Positions 49,673 through 61,504 of a stretch of DNA of 64,000 nt are shown here, piece by piece; the stretch's first letter is position 1; each line of letters begins with the position of its first letter. Made by a program: the position numbers and the translations under genes. The stretch is from Candidatus Binatia bacterium (lineage in GTDB: Bacteria > Desulfobacterota > Binatia > UBA9968 > CAXXLF01), in assembly GCA_963664015.2 (NCBI GenBank), contig CAXXLF010000001.1, positions 1,088,001-1,152,000 of the forward strand, in the 5' to 3' direction. The notes under the pieces were generated by a model. That model was not told the origin of the DNA. It did no database searches and worked only from the letters and a program-made list of their open reading frames with translations.

Positions 49673-52390
49673 TCAGCGCTCCTCAGCCCCTGTAGACTGA
49701 GATGTCTGGGCCGTTGAGCTCGGTCCAAGCCGACGGGGCACAGCCACCTTCTGGTAGGCCTCAATGATATCCCCAACCTTAACATCCTGATATCCCGCAA
49801 TGCCGATACCACACTCGTATCCCGTGGCCACTTCCCGAATATCATCCTTGAAGCGCCTCAGGCTGGCCACTGCTCCCTCAAAGACCACTACCTGGTCCCG
49901 GATCAGACGGATCAGGCTGGCACGCTGGACTTTTCCATCGGTCACGTAGGAACCGGCCACGGTTCCCACCCCGCGCACATTGAAGGTTTCACGCACCTGA
50001 GCACGGCCTTGAATCTCTTCCTTATAAGTGGGTTCCAGTAGCCCCTCCAGCGCCGCCCTGATATCGCCCAGAACGTCGTAGATTACCGTATAGAGCCGGA
50101 CATCCACCCCCTCCTGACTAGCCAAGGCACTGGCCTTTACCTCGGGTCGTACATTAAAGCCAATGACAATCGTATTGGAGGCTGCGGCCAACAGCACGTC
50201 GCTTTCCGTAATTCCACCAACGGCGCTATGAACCACTCGAACCTTGACCTCGTCTGTGGACAAACGATTCATGGCATCGGTCAGGGCCTCAACCGAACCG
50301 TGCACGTCGGCCTTGAGGACCACTTGGAGTTCCCTGACACCTCCGGCCTTGACCTGCTCGTAGAACTCTTCAAGAGAGACCTTGCTGGATTTGGCCAGAT
50401 CTGTCTCCCTTTGCCTGTCTTGCTGGTGCTCTGCAATTTGTCTCGCCTTGGACTCGTCGGACAAGGCGCTGAAGGTCTCGCCCGCCTGCGGCACCCCTTG
50501 GAGTCCGAGGATCTCCACCGGGAAGGAAGGTGGGGCCTCTTCCGTCTTTCGTCCACGGGCATCGATCATCGCACGTACCTTGCCGGAGAAAATTCCGCAC
50601 ACCACTGAATCTCCTACTCTGAGGGTTCCTTCCTGTACCAGCACAGTCGCAACAGGGCCTTTCCCTTTATCCAACCGAGCCTCTACCACTGCGCCCCGTG
50701 CCAGCTTGTCCGGATTGGCCTTGAGTTCCAAAATATCCGCTTGCAACAAAAGCATGCCCAACAAATCCGATATGCCCGCTTTGCTCTGAGCCGAAACCGG
50801 TACCATGATGGTGTCACCACCCCAGTCTTCCGATACCAGACCCCGTTCCGACAACCCCCGCTTGACCCGATCTACGTTGGCGTCATGCTTGTCGATTTTG
50901 TTAATGGCGACCACAATGGGAACTCCCGCGGCGCGGGCATGGTCAATAGCTTCAACGGTTTGTGGCATAACACCGTCGTCGGCAGCAACGACCAAAACCA
51001 CGATGTCAGTTACCTTGGCTCCTCGGGCCCGCATAGCCGTGAAGGCTTCATGTCCCGGAGTGTCGAGAAAGGTTACGCTCCGTCCCTCCACATCCGTCCG
51101 ATAGGCGCCAATGTGCTGGGTGATCCCCCCTGCCTCCTGTCTCGTGACATCGGTACTGCGGATGGCATCGAGCAGCGAGGTCTTACCATGGTCAACGTGC
51201 CCCATCATGGTGACGACGGATGGTCGAGGCTTGAGCGCCACCTCGGGTTCATCAACCTCGTGTTCAACCTCCAGAGCCGACTCCACGTTGAGGGCTACGT
51301 TTTCTACCTGATAATCAAACTCTGCGGCTACCAGACTCGCCGTATCCAAATCGATGACTTGATTAAGGGTCGCCATGACTCCCAGGCTCATGAGCTTCTT
51401 GATGACTGCACCGGTCTTCACACCCATATTCTTGCAAAGGTCGCCCACACTGATAGCGTCGGAGATCCTGACCACACGTTTAATCGCCTTGGGTACCGTA
51501 ATCTCGGTTTTCTTCTGATCTTTTCCGGGCAAGGCCCTCTTCTTTTTGGGCATATAACCGGGTCGGAACTCTCGCCCGCGCTGCTCGAGACCCTCTTGGC
51601 GTTTAATGACACGCTTTTTATGTCGAACGCCTTTGGTATCCTTTCCTTTATCCTCACTAACCTCCTCGCCCGCTTTACGTTCTTCCTTACGCTCTGGGGG
51701 GGGGCCGGCCAGCGGCACAACCGGTCCCGGTTCCTGAGGCGCCGGTTCCTGAGGCGCCGGTTCCTGAGGCGCCGGTTCCTGAGGGGCCTTTTCCTTCGGG
51801 GCTTTTTTAGGCTCCACTTCGTTGAGCTTTTTTAGATCGATTCTCCCAATGACCCGGGCTCCCCTTCTCTCTTCGAGCACAGGAGCCGGGGTGGGCTCTT
51901 TGAGGACCTTTTCCTCCGGTGCCTCCCGCATCTCAACGGCCGGCGGGACAGCCTGCTCCGTCTCGGTTTCCAAAGAAGGAGGCCGAACAGCGCCGACTGA
52001 AGGTTGGGGCTCTTCTACAGAAGGAATAATTGGCGGGGTCGCGGTGGACGGTGGTGACTGTTGAACAACATCCTCACGACTGGTGCGGCGTCGAATCACA
52101 TTGGCCCGCACTCTTCTTTCCACCACCTTCTCCCGGGCCTGGATCTCTCCAAGGATTTCATCCTGACCGGTTACAACCCGGTCCGCCGTCACCTTTTCCT
52201 TGCCAACCTGGACCTGAGGTTTCTCCTCCGCCACCAGATCCGAACGAACACTGGCCTCCTCTAAGCCCTCCAGGGAACTCTGCGATCTTTTGCCTCGAAT
52301 GCCCAGCTTTTCCAACCGAGCAATGAGATCCTTTGGTTCCATCCCTAACTCTTTCGCCAGTTGATGAACCCTAATCTTACTCATCGGCAT
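49673..52390 (-). CDS. infB: Translation initiation factor IF-2
   Basis: [40 protein letters not shown]. Confidence 0.99.
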   Translation of the reverse strand: MPMSKIRVHQLAKELGMEPKDLIARLEKLGIRGKRSQSSLEGLEEASVRSDLVAEEKPQVQVGKEKVTADRVVTGQDEILGEIQAREKVVERRVRANVIRRRTSREDVVQQSPPSTATPPIIPSVEEPQPSVGAVRPPSLETETEQAVPPAVEMREAPEEKVLKEPTPAPVLEERRGARVIGRIDLKKLNEVEPKKAPKEKAPQEPAPQEPAPQEPAPQEPGPVVPLAGPPPERKEERKAGEEVSEDKGKDTKGVRHKKRVIKRQEGLEQRGREFRPGYMPKKKRALPGKDQKKTEITVPKAIKRVVRISDAISVGDLCKNMGVKTGAVIKKLMSLGVMATLNQVIDLDTASLVAAEFDYQVENVALNVESALEVEHEVDEPEVALKPRPSVVTMMGHVDHGKTSLLDAIRSTDVTRQEAGGITQHIGAYRTDVEGRSVTFLDTPGHEAFTAMRARGAKVTDIVVLVVAADDGVMPQTVEAIDHARAAGVPIVVAINKIDKHDANVDRVKRGLSERGLVSEDWGGDTIMVPVSAQSKAGISDLLGMLLLQADILELKANPDKLARGAVVEARLDKGKGPVATVLVQEGTLRVGDSVVCGIFSGKVRAMIDARGRKTEEAPPSFPVEILGLQGVPQAGETFSALSDESKARQIAEHQQDRQRETDLAKSSKVSLEEFYEQVKAGGVRELQVVLKADVHGSVEALTDAMNRLSTDEVKVRVVHSAVGGITESDVLLAAASNTIVIGFNVRPEVKASALASQEGVDVRLYTVIYDVLGDIRAALEGLLEPTYKEEIQGRAQVRETFNVRGVGTVAGSYVTDGKVQRASLIRLIRDQVVVFEGAVASLRRFKDDIREVATGYECGIGIAGYQDVKVGDIIEAYQKVAVPRRLGPSSTAQTSQSTGAEER
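51727..51786. repeat. 15-bp tandem repeat x4 within infB
   Basis: CCGGTTCCTGAGGCG x3 plus CCGGTTCCTGAGGGG; encodes (APQEP)4. Confidence 0.95.
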
Positions 52391-52658
52391 TCTCCCAGCT
52401 TCGTTCGCGCAATTCGTGAATCAGCTTGATCCGGGCCTCCCGTCCAATTTCCATATGGAAGGCCCGATAAAATTTCTTCTTTCCTAAACACGACTCCCAA
52501 CACTCCTCCCGCTTGTGCAGATACCCCCCACGGCCAGGCCCCTGATCCTGTAGTTTCAACTCCCCCGACAGGTCGGCCTCCAGGCGTAGCATGTGATCCT
52601 GCTGATCCCTGGCGCCACATCCAAGACAGGTTCGTACCGGGTGGTGCCCCCGTTTCAC
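52377..52658 (-). CDS. ylxR: YlxR/RnpM (DUF448) family protein
   Basis: [16 protein letters not shown]; lies between nusA and infB. Confidence 0.92.
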   Translation of the reverse strand: MKRGHHPVRTCLGCGARDQQDHMLRLEADLSGELKLQDQGPGRGGYLHKREECWESCLGKKKFYRAFHMEIGREARIKLIHELRERSWENADE

Positions 52659-52669
52659 AGTCGTCCCAC

Positions 52670-54121
52670 CTATGCTTGCTTTTTCCCATCTCCTTCGGGT
52701 GCCACAGCGGGTTCATAACCGGCCCCCGTTTCATCCGCCGTACTTGAGGCTTCCTCCTTCGCTGCAGGTTGCACCGCAACCGCTTCCTCTGCCCCACCAG
52801 CCGCCTCGGCTTCCGGTTGCGCCGCGACCGCTTCTTCTACCGCGGCGGCCTCCTCGGCCTTTTCTTCCTCTTCCAGTCTCCTCTTCTCCTCCACGTAGAT
52901 GCGGCTTGACTTGTAAATAGCTTCGGCTTTCTCAGCCCCGAAGCCATCCACCTCCTGGATCGCTTCCAATTCGGCCTCAGCTAGTTCCTCCGCCGATTTG
53001 AAGCCCGCCTGATAGAGAAGCTCCGCGATCATATCGTTGACACCCGGAACCGCGCCTATGGAAATGCGCGCCCGGCGGTTCTCCTCGTCTGCCTCGGATT
53101 CGCCACGAACATCAATTTTCCAACCTGTGAGCCGTGAGGCAAGCCGCACGTTCTGACCTTTTCTTCCTATGGCCAAAGAGAGCTGCTCGTCAGGAACGAT
53201 CGCCTCCATGCTGTGCTCATCTTCGGAAATAATGACCTTGGCCACCTTGGCCGGTGCTAAGGCACGGCAGACATACTCGGCCTGATCCTCAGTCCAGTGT
53301 ACAATATCAATTTTTTCGCCCCGAAGTTCTTGGACTACGGACTGGACCCGGGTCCCCCTCATGCCGACACAGGCTCCCACCGGATCCACATCCGGATCCC
53401 TGGAAACCACCGAAATCTTAGCACGCCCCCCGGGCTCCCGGGCGACTCCTTTAACTTCAACGATTCCCTCATAGATCTCGGGAACCTCCTGGACAAAGAG
53501 CTTCATCAACATTGCAGGATGGGTCCGCGAAAGAACAATTTGGGGTCCACGACTGGTCATCTCCACGCTAACGATGTGGGCTCGAATTCGGTCATTCTGG
53601 CGGTATCGTTCCCGAGGGACCTGTTCCTTTTCCGGCAGAATGGCGTTGGTCCTGCCCAGATTGACAATGATGCTTTTTTTCTCGAATCGCTGGACGATCC
53701 CGTTGATCAATTCGCCTTCACGTTGTTTAAACTCGTTATAGATGATCTCGCGCTCTGCGTCCCGCACCCTCTGAACGATGTTTTGTTTAGCCGCCTGGGC
53801 GGCAATCCGACCGAATGAACTCGAATCGAGCTTGCTCAGCAGCTCATCTCCCAACTCGGCTTCGGGGTCGAGGGTCTCCTTAGCCTCCTGAAGAGAGATT
53901 TCGACATCAGGCTCTGCCACATGTTCCACAATTCGCTTGGTCTCGAAAAGCTCCACTTCACCCAATTCCGAATTGTACTGGGCCTCGATCTTGCGCTCAG
54001 GCCCAAAGGTCTTCTTGGCCGCTGAGATCATGGCGTTTTCCAAGGCGCTGATCAGAATGCTCTTATCAATCCCCTTCTCCTTACTGACCTGTTCAATCAC
54101 TCGGTTTAAATCTTGATTCAT
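52670..54121 (-). CDS. nusA: Transcription termination factor NusA
   Basis: FGRIAAQAAKQ, AREPGGRAKI, GACVGMRG, AIGRKGQNVRLA; acidic Ala/Glu tail; start at 54121. Confidence 0.98.
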   Translation of the reverse strand: MNQDLNRVIEQVSKEKGIDKSILISALENAMISAAKKTFGPERKIEAQYNSELGEVELFETKRIVEHVAEPDVEISLQEAKETLDPEAELGDELLSKLDSSSFGRIAAQAAKQNIVQRVRDAEREIIYNEFKQREGELINGIVQRFEKKSIIVNLGRTNAILPEKEQVPRERYRQNDRIRAHIVSVEMTSRGPQIVLSRTHPAMLMKLFVQEVPEIYEGIVEVKGVAREPGGRAKISVVSRDPDVDPVGACVGMRGTRVQSVVQELRGEKIDIVHWTEDQAEYVCRALAPAKVAKVIISEDEHSMEAIVPDEQLSLAIGRKGQNVRLASRLTGWKIDVRGESEADEENRRARISIGAVPGVNDMIAELLYQAGFKSAEELAEAELEAIQEVDGFGAEKAEAIYKSSRIYVEEKRRLEEEEKAEEAAAVEEAVAAQPEAEAAGGAEEAVAVQPAAKEEASSTADETGAGYEPAVAPEGDGKKQA

Positions 54122-54198
54122 GGCTTCTCCAAATCTCAATTGCCCAGCACCGGGCAACTCATTTCTAACTGCGGCGCATGGGAACATCCACCCTTTAT

Positions 54199-54687
54199 TT
54201 ATTTGGGTTTGATTCCTTGATCCCATTCATGCTCATAATTTGCCTTCTCTATCAGGGAATATGGAATACGCACCTCCACACTATCCTGGAGGATCACGAT
54301 TCCATCGTCAGTTGAGTGTTTGAGTAGACCCAAGTAGGATTTCCGGCCCTCGATCATCTCTCGGGTCCGAATCCGAACTTTTTTGCCAACGTAGCGGCTG
54401 AAATGCTCGGGTCTCTTGAGCAAGCGGTTAATACCTGGAGAAGATACCTCCAAGGTATAAGACCTTTCCGTCACTTCGTGAACATCCAGAAGATCGCTCA
54501 ACTGACGACTCACCCGGGTTAACTCGCCGAGATTGGGCCCGCCGTCTTTATCCAGGTACAGCCTAAGCACCCAACCTCCGCGCCCCTCTCGGCGGAACTC
54601 TATGTCAAAGATTTCCAACCCCTCATCAACCGCCACCGGTGTCGCGAGCTCCCACACCCACGAGATTACAGAATCGTCTTCCATCAT
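54199..54687 (-). CDS. rimP: Ribosome maturation factor RimP
   Basis: LRLYLD, VSR.LS.LLD, YTLEVSSPG..R.L. Confidence 0.97.
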   Translation of the reverse strand: MMEDDSVISWVWELATPVAVDEGLEIFDIEFRREGRGGWVLRLYLDKDGGPNLGELTRVSRQLSDLLDVHEVTERSYTLEVSSPGINRLLKRPEHFSRYVGKKVRIRTREMIEGRKSYLGLLKHSTDDGIVILQDSVEVRIPYSLIEKANYEHEWDQGIKPK

Positions 54688-54698
54688 ACCCCCAAAAC

Positions 54699-54724
54699 AA
54701 AAAAAGCGGGCACAGGCCCACTTT
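54699..54724 (-). promoter_or_regulatory. rimP leader hairpin
   Basis: AAAGUGGGC-CUGU-GCCCGCUUUUUU just upstream of rimP; a TTGCAA-17-TAGAAA promoter candidate lies further upstream. Confidence 0.75.
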
Positions 54725-54841
54725 GGGAGTCACATCCAAAGGTCCAAGATTTTTCTATCACGCGACCCTGTGGATTGCAAGGCGCTTGCCCAGGGCATTT
54801 GATCTGCTATGATTCGAACTTGCATGGCAGCATTGGCAAAA

Positions 54842-55957
54842 ATGCAACAAACCGACGACAAGAACAACTCCCTCTCTCTACTGTCTTGGCAAAGCATCCT
54901 GACGAGCCTCGACGATGCTGTGATCGTCATCGATCCAACCGCAAACGTATCGTTTTTTAATCAGGCAGCCGAAATCCTAACCGGGGCTTCCGCCCAGCAC
55001 CTCCTCCAGCAACCCTACCAGCAGGTCTTCAAGAGAAATCCGTGGCTTCTCGAGGTCGTGGAGAAGAGCCAGCCTCCCTACGACAGCAGCACCCGGGCGG
55101 AGGGCGATTACATTACCCCACGGGGACATTCGGTACCTATCAGTCTGGCGGTCTCCCCCCTGCAAGACCAATACGGCAAGGACTGGGGAAGCATCCTTCT
55201 CATGCGAGATATCACTCACCAGAAAGAGATCGAAGAACAATTGAAGTGCTCCGATCGTTTGGCCCTACTGGGAACTTTGGCCGCCGGCCTTGCCCATGAA
55301 ATTAAAAATCCTTTGGGCGGGATCAGAGGGGCATCTCAACTGATTCGGCATGAGGTCTCCCGGGATCCGTCGCTAGTCCAATTTACGGACATCATAATCC
55401 GCGAGGTAGATCGCATCAATCAGCTGATGGAACAATTGCTGGACCTGTCGCGGCCCCGCAAGCTTTACTTGGATGCGTTAAATATTCACGCCCTTTTGGA
55501 TCATGTCCTCTTTCTTGAAAGGCAGGCCATCGAAAGCGGCGCGGTAGTCATCAAGAAGAATTTCGACCCGAGCATCCCTCCCGTTCGGGGCGACCGGGCG
55601 CAGCTCATTCAAGTATTCCTAAACCTGATTAAAAACGCCATTGAGGCGATGAACGGGTCCGGGTGCCTTACGGTCACCACCCGAGTCGAGACCGACTACC
55701 ATATACGAGGTCCGGAAAGCGACGGGGGAAAATTCATCCGGGTCGACATCGAGGACGATGGCCCGGGCATCGAAAAGGAGCACCTCTCTCACATCTTTGC
55801 CCCTTTCTTTACCACCAAGAGCAATGGCACGGGTCTGGGCCTGGCTACGTGTCACAGAATCATCAAAGAGCACGGGGGTCTGATACGCGTGGAGACGTGT
55901 GAGGGGGAAGGATCTGCCTTCCGGGTTTCCCTGGTCATGGCGGATCAGGCCGGTTGA
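54842..55957 (+). CDS. NtrB/GlnL-like PAS sensor histidine kinase
   Basis: PAS (FNQAAE), [15 protein letters not shown]-box, NLIKNA, DDGPGI, FFTTK, GTGLGL. Confidence 0.9.
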   Translation: MQQTDDKNNSLSLLSWQSILTSLDDAVIVIDPTANVSFFNQAAEILTGASAQHLLQQPYQQVFKRNPWLLEVVEKSQPPYDSSTRAEGDYITPRGHSVPISLAVSPLQDQYGKDWGSILLMRDITHQKEIEEQLKCSDRLALLGTLAAGLAHEIKNPLGGIRGASQLIRHEVSRDPSLVQFTDIIIREVDRINQLMEQLLDLSRPRKLYLDALNIHALLDHVLFLERQAIESGAVVIKKNFDPSIPPVRGDRAQLIQVFLNLIKNAIEAMNGSGCLTVTTRVETDYHIRGPESDGGKFIRVDIEDDGPGIEKEHLSHIFAPFFTTKSNGTGLGLATCHRIIKEHGGLIRVETCEGEGSAFRVSLVMADQAG

Positions 55958-55965
55958 GAAAAACA

Positions 55966-57399
55966 ATGGAACAGGGAAAGATCCTCGTCGTTGACGATGA
56001 AGAGTCCTTACGCCTAATCCTCAAGAAGAGTCTCGAACGGGAGGGTTATTGGGTCCAGACCGTTGGCAACGGCCGCCAGGCCCAGCGCTGCCTCCAAGAC
56101 AGCCCCTTCGACGTCTCTCTGCTCGACATCAAGATTCCCGATATGGACGGGCTTACGCTTCTCAGAGAGGCCAAGGAAGAGGGCATCGACACTTCGTTTA
56201 TCGTCATGACCGCCCAAAGCACGATGAGCAACGCCATTGAGGCCATGAAGGGCGGTGCCTTCGACTACATCACCAAGCCATTCGATCTGGATGAGATGCT
56301 GGTGGTTGTTCAGCGCGCGCTGGAAAACCGTAAATTGCGCCGAGACTTCAGGGAGCTTAAAGAGGAGGTCAAGAAGCGATACGAACCACGGGGCAATATC
56401 ATAGGCGAGAGCCAGGCCATGCAAAGGGTCTATAAAATCGTCGGACAAGTGGTATCAACGACTGCAACCATACTCATTCTAGGCGAGAGCGGGACCGGTA
56501 AGGAACTGGTGGCCAAGACCATCCATTACAACTCCCCTCGCTGGAACAAGCCATTTATCGCGGTAAACTGCGCAGCCATTCCCAGGGAATTGCTCGAAAG
56601 CGAGTTTTTTGGCCATGAAAAAGGCTCATTTACCGGCGCTCTCGAACGACGGGTAGGGAAATTCGAGCTTGCCGAAGAGGGAACTCTCTTTCTCGACGAG
56701 GTGGGAGAGCTCCCTTTGAACCTCCAAACCAAGCTCCTCAGGGCCCTCCAGGAGGGAGAGTTCAGCCGTGTGGGTGGACAGGATATACTCAAGGCAAATG
56801 TCCGCATCCTCGCCTCGACCAACCAAGACCTGGAAAAGGCCGTGCGTGAGCGGCGATTTCGAGAAGACCTCTACTTCCGCCTGAAAGTCATCCCTATCCA
56901 TCTTCCCCCGTTACGGGAAAGAAAAGGGGACATCACACTTCTGGTTGGCTACTTTATTGATAAGCATAACCGGGAGATGGGAACCCAAATTTCCGGTATA
57001 TCTCCGGAGGCCTTGAAGGTCCTGGAGGAGTGTCCGTGGCCCGGAAACGTACGGGAGCTCGGAAATGCCATAATTCGAGCTGCGGTTTTGTCTCCCGGGC
57101 CGGTCTTGTTTCCTAAAGATTTCACCCTATCCGTTGGACCGGAAGCGACCCCCACGGATTACGACAGTCTCTCTCTAGAGGAGATCCTCCAACACAAGCT
57201 GGCGGATTACTTCCAACGGACTCGAGGGGTTCAGGTGGAAAACCTCTACTCGCTGATTATCGAGCGCGTGGAAAGACCCCTAATCGAGTTGACACTGAAG
57301 GCGACCCAGGGCAACCAGATCCGCGCCGCCCAGATCCTGGGCATCAATCGAAACACCCTGCGCAAAAAAATTACCACCCTGCAGATCAAAGTGAAGTAA
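55966..57399 (+). CDS. NtrC/GlnG-like sigma54-dependent response regulator
   Basis: REC (VVDD, LLDI, ITKP), [26 protein letters not shown], Fis-type [14 protein letters not shown]. Confidence 0.93.
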   Translation: MEQGKILVVDDEESLRLILKKSLEREGYWVQTVGNGRQAQRCLQDSPFDVSLLDIKIPDMDGLTLLREAKEEGIDTSFIVMTAQSTMSNAIEAMKGGAFDYITKPFDLDEMLVVVQRALENRKLRRDFRELKEEVKKRYEPRGNIIGESQAMQRVYKIVGQVVSTTATILILGESGTGKELVAKTIHYNSPRWNKPFIAVNCAAIPRELLESEFFGHEKGSFTGALERRVGKFELAEEGTLFLDEVGELPLNLQTKLLRALQEGEFSRVGGQDILKANVRILASTNQDLEKAVRERRFREDLYFRLKVIPIHLPPLRERKGDITLLVGYFIDKHNREMGTQISGISPEALKVLEECPWPGNVRELGNAIIRAAVLSPGPVLFPKDFTLSVGPEATPTDYDSLSLEEILQHKLADYFQRTRGVQVENLYSLIIERVERPLIELTLKATQGNQIRAAQILGINRNTLRKKITTLQIKVK

Positions 57400-57403
57400 A
57401 CCT

Positions 57404-58060
57404 ATGACTAGGACCTTCGACCTTCCGTCGCCGCTCTACGGCATATTGGACCCCGCCCAGTGCCGCGGACGGCGGTTGAATACGGTGCTGGAGGAGTTGC
57501 TTGGGAGCGGAGTCAAATTGGTTCAGCTGCGTTTCAAAGAGCTTGCGAGTAAGGAATTTTTGCACCTGGCCATTCAGGCGAGGCGTGAGACCGCTCGCAC
57601 AGGATGTCTTTTGATCGTGAACGATCGAGTCGATGTGGCCCTGGCATCGGGTGCCGACGGCATCCACCTGGGGCAGGAGGACTTGCCCTTGGCAGCGGCC
57701 AGGGAACTCATGGGGCAAAAGATTATCGGCATCTCAACCCATGATCTGGCTCAGGCGCTGGAAGCTGAGAGGGGGGGCGCCAACTATATCGGAGTTGGCC
57801 CGATCTTTGGCACACACACCAAACAGACCGGATACGAGCCGAGGGGTCTCGAGATGCTTCGCCAAATCAGGTCCGCCGTCGGGTTGCCCATTGTGGCTAT
57901 TGGAGGAATATCGGAGGCAAGGGTCCGAGAGGTCTGGGACGCGGGGGCCCATGCAGCCGCTATGATCAGCAACCTGACAGGGGTTGAGGATATTCAGGGA
58001 ACGGTGCGGAGAATCCTGGCCATGGCTCAACCTTCCTCCACTTCGTCCTCCTCCGAATAG
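57404..58060 (+). CDS. thiE: Thiamine-phosphate synthase
   Basis: VQLRFK, IVNDRVD, GIHLGQED, GISTH, GPIF.T.TK, AIGGI. Confidence 0.95.
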   Translation: MTRTFDLPSPLYGILDPAQCRGRRLNTVLEELLGSGVKLVQLRFKELASKEFLHLAIQARRETARTGCLLIVNDRVDVALASGADGIHLGQEDLPLAAARELMGQKIIGISTHDLAQALEAERGGANYIGVGPIFGTHTKQTGYEPRGLEMLRQIRSAVGLPIVAIGGISEARVREVWDAGAHAAAMISNLTGVEDIQGTVRRILAMAQPSSTSSSSE

Positions 58061-59409
58061 GACTCGTCGCGAGTAGAAAAATCTTCAAAGCGAGTGATAT
58101 TGCTCAAAAAGGCCAGTTGTACGGAATCCGTTGGGCCGTTACGTTGCTTGGCTACGATGATCTCTGCCCTTCCCCGATCTGCGGAATTCTTATTGTAAAC
58201 CTCATCCCGGTAAATGAAGGCAATGACATCGGCGTCCTGCTCGATGGCTCCAGATTCCCTCAGATCCGACATCATGGGACGTTTGTCGCCGCGCTCTTCC
58301 ACCCGACGATTGAGCTGAGAGTTGGCAATCACCGGCACGTTGAGCTCCTTGGCAAGGGCCTTGAGGGAGCGTGAGATCTCGGAAATTTCCTGCTCCCGAT
58401 TCTGTGTGTTCCCCCTACCCCGCATGAGCTGAAGATAATCCACGATGATGAGGCCGATTTTTTTTCCCCTGTCTCGAACCAAACGCCGGGACTTGGCCCG
58501 GAGTTCGAGGATCGAAATCGCCGGCGTGTCATCGATATAGATGGGTGCTTCCGCCAATTTGCCCGCAGCAATGACAAGAGCAGGGAATTCTCGTTCGGCC
58601 AAATGCCCCGAGCGCACCCTCGAGTGATCCACCCGCGCTTCCGAGCAGAGCATCCGCAAACCCAGCTGTTCCTTGGCCATCTCCAGAGAAAATATCGCGA
58701 CCCCTATTCCCGAATGCAGCGCAGCGGTGGCCGCAATATTCAGGCTCAGCGCGGTCTTTCCCATGCTCGGCCTACCGGCAACAACAATCAGGTCCGACGG
58801 CTGAAGACCGGCTGTCAGTTTGTCCAGATCCTTGTACCCAGTGGGCACCCCGGTCACCATCTCCTTGCGCTCGTAAAGCTTCTCCACCAATTTGATGGAG
58901 TCCTTCATCATGTCCCCAAGCACGACAAAGGAGGACTTGATCCGCTTTTCTGAGATGTCGAAGATGGCCCGCTCTGCATCGTCGAGAAACGTTTCCACGT
59001 CGCCCTGATCTTCAAGACCACGGGTAGCAATGCTGGTGGCCGCACTGATCAAATGCCGCAGGATGGCCTTTTCCCGAACGATTCGCGCGTAGTGACCGAT
59101 ATTGGCCGATGTCGGCACCGCATTGGCAAGAGAGACGAGGTAAGCGGTTCCCCCAACCGCCTCCAACTCACCCTTGGCCTTCAAAAGATCCCCAAGGGTA
59201 ATAATGTCCACGGGCTCACTGCGATCGGCAAGCTCCATCATGGCACGAAAGATCTTGCGGTGGGATTCCCGGTAAAAGGCGTCCGAGGTCAGGACCTCCA
59301 AGACGCGATCCATGGCCTCGTTTTCCAGCAGAACACCGCCTAATATGGAGGACTCGGCCTCGAGATTTTGCGGCGGCACCCGGCGGAGGTTTTCATCTAA
59401 AGTAGCCAC
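58027..59409 (-). CDS. dnaB: Replicative DNA helicase
   Basis: PPQNLEAE, GRPSMGKT, FSLEM, VDYLQL, SQLNR, LRESGAIEQDAD, KQRNGP; no intein. Confidence 0.99.
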   Translation of the reverse strand: MATLDENLRRVPPQNLEAESSILGGVLLENEAMDRVLEVLTSDAFYRESHRKIFRAMMELADRSEPVDIITLGDLLKAKGELEAVGGTAYLVSLANAVPTSANIGHYARIVREKAILRHLISAATSIATRGLEDQGDVETFLDDAERAIFDISEKRIKSSFVVLGDMMKDSIKLVEKLYERKEMVTGVPTGYKDLDKLTAGLQPSDLIVVAGRPSMGKTALSLNIAATAALHSGIGVAIFSLEMAKEQLGLRMLCSEARVDHSRVRSGHLAEREFPALVIAAGKLAEAPIYIDDTPAISILELRAKSRRLVRDRGKKIGLIIVDYLQLMRGRGNTQNREQEISEISRSLKALAKELNVPVIANSQLNRRVEERGDKRPMMSDLRESGAIEQDADVIAFIYRDEVYNKNSADRGRAEIIVAKQRNGPTDSVQLAFLSNITRFEDFSTRDESYSEEDEVEEG

Positions 59410-59606
59410 GGATTGAGTTCAAAGCTGAAGGTACATAGCCAAGGCGCCGATCCTGTCATCGTGTAACGCGAAGGAATAATCAGAACTAACCTAATTACTT
59501 GAACCTCAAAAAAAGGCAAGGGATTTTTTGCATTGACGGATAACGGATGCCCCATGGGTTCCGAATTCGGAACATGACACTCCTGTGGTATCAACCTATG
59601 GGGATT

Positions 59607-61439
59607 TTAGGCAAGGCGGGTTGCGAGTTCTTTGAGCTGCTGGCGCATACGTTTGGGCAGACGGTCGCCAAACCGGGAAAAGTGCTTGTCCAGGTCCGGC
59701 AATTCGGCGCGCCAGAGTTCTCGATCGACCTTGAGCAGCTCGTCAAGATTCTGGGGTGGGAGCTCAAGCCCCGCCAGGTCCAAGTCCCCGTTTTTGGGCA
59801 AAAGGCCGATGGGTGTTGGCTGCGCTTCAATTTTGCCCTCAACCCGCTCGCACATCCACTTGAGGACACGGCTATTATCGCCAAAGCCCGGCCACAACCA
59901 TTTTCCCTCCGGACTCTTGCGGAACCAGTTGACGTAAAAGATGCGCGGCGCGCGTTCCCCCATCCGGTCACCCATGTCCAACCAGTGTTGCATGTAGTCC
60001 GCCATGTTGTAGCCGCAAAAAGGTGTCATGGCGAAAGGATCCCGCCTGAGATTCCCAACCTGGCCGATATTGGCGGCAGTCGTCTCCGACGCGGCGGTGG
60101 CGCCGAGGAATACCCCGTGGTCCCAATTAAAGGATTCAGTAACCAGCGGGACGGCACCGGCACGGCGCCCCCCGAAAACAAAGATATCGATGGGTACTCC
60201 TTCGGGCTTTTCCCAGTCGCTTGCGATCTCAGGACACTGGGAAGCCGGGGCCGTGAAGCGTGCGTTGGGATGGGCCGCCGGTTGTTTGTTGTCAGGCGAC
60301 CAGTCCTGCCCCCGCCAGTCCACCGCATGTCGGGGTGGCACACCATCGATCCCTTCCCACCAGACATCTCCCTCGTCTAGGAGAGCGCAGTTGGTAAAGA
60401 TCGTGTTTTCCTTCACCGTGTCCATAGCCATGGGATTAGACTGGTAGGATGTCCCTGGTGCAACGCCAAAGAAACCGCTCTCCGGGTTGATGGCGTAGGG
60501 CCGGTTGTCGGCACCGATTTTCATCCAGGCAATGTCATCCCCCAAGCATTCGGCCTTCCAGCCGGGAATGGTGGGGACAATCATGGCCATGTTGGTCTTG
60601 CCGCAAGCCGACGGAAACGCAGCGGCGATGTGGAACTGCCTTCCCGCTGAATTGGTCAACCGCAAGATCAGCATATGCTCGGCCATCCAGCCCTCTCGGT
60701 AGGCCATTGCCGAGGCGATCCGCAAGGCGAGACACTTTTTTCCCAGCAGGGCGTTGCCGCCGTAGCCGGAGCCGTAAGACCAGATAAGATTTTCTTGTGG
60801 AAAGTGGCTAATGTACTTCTTGTCCATAGGCGCGCAGGGCCACGTAGAACCCTTCTCACCAGGATTTGTAACTGGGGCGCCGACCGAATGCAGACAGGGG
60901 ATGAAGTTTCCCTCCGGGCCAAGGGCCTCCAATACTCCATCGCCCACACGCGTCATTATGTGCATGTTACAAACGACGTACGGGCTATCGGTCACTTCCA
61001 CCCCGATCTTCGCTATGGGAGAGCCGATGGGTCCCATAGAAAAGGGAATGACATAGAGGGTGCGTCCCTTCATGGAGCCGTCATAAAGCTCCCTCATGCT
61101 TCGCTTGAGTTCATCGGGATCTCTCCAATTATTGGTGGGACCGGCATCCACCGAACTTGCAGTGGCGATGTAGGTTCGATCTTCAGTCCTGGCGACGTCA
61201 CTGGGATCGGACCGGAATAAAAAGCTATTGGACCGCCTCTTGAGCGGGATGGCCATACCACTAGCGACCATCTGCCCCATTAATCGATCGTATTCTCCCC
61301 GGGTCCCGTCGCACCAATGAATAGATTCCGGCTTGCAAAGGTCAGCGACTTCCCGGATCCAACCGTCCAGTTTTGCATTTCTCATCGTGTCAGCCATTGG
61401 TCCTTGAATGTCATTGTTTTGGCCCTCAGGGAGGCCCAT
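59607..61439 (-). CDS. pckG: Phosphoenolpyruvate carboxykinase (GTP)
   Basis: [48 protein letters not shown]; start uncertain (61439 or 61397). Confidence 0.97.
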   Translation of the reverse strand: MGLPEGQNNDIQGPMADTMRNAKLDGWIREVADLCKPESIHWCDGTRGEYDRLMGQMVASGMAIPLKRRSNSFLFRSDPSDVARTEDRTYIATASSVDAGPTNNWRDPDELKRSMRELYDGSMKGRTLYVIPFSMGPIGSPIAKIGVEVTDSPYVVCNMHIMTRVGDGVLEALGPEGNFIPCLHSVGAPVTNPGEKGSTWPCAPMDKKYISHFPQENLIWSYGSGYGGNALLGKKCLALRIASAMAYREGWMAEHMLILRLTNSAGRQFHIAAAFPSACGKTNMAMIVPTIPGWKAECLGDDIAWMKIGADNRPYAINPESGFFGVAPGTSYQSNPMAMDTVKENTIFTNCALLDEGDVWWEGIDGVPPRHAVDWRGQDWSPDNKQPAAHPNARFTAPASQCPEIASDWEKPEGVPIDIFVFGGRRAGAVPLVTESFNWDHGVFLGATAASETTAANIGQVGNLRRDPFAMTPFCGYNMADYMQHWLDMGDRMGERAPRIFYVNWFRKSPEGKWLWPGFGDNSRVLKWMCERVEGKIEAQPTPIGLLPKNGDLDLAGLELPPQNLDELLKVDRELWRAELPDLDKHFSRFGDRLPKRMRQQLKELATRLA

Positions 61440-61504
61440 GGATTCAACCCCGAACATATATTGCATATGCAAATTTACCCAGGAATTCAACTTCTGACCT
61501 AAAA

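Noticed and set aside
50741-51835. 364-aa plus-strand ORF with RRFLR repeats
   Set aside because: Antisense shadow of infB; the repeats are the reverse reading of the APQEP VNTR.
56620-56640. GSFTGA instead of GAFTGA in the NtrC-like activator
   Set aside because: A common natural variant among enhancer-binding proteins.
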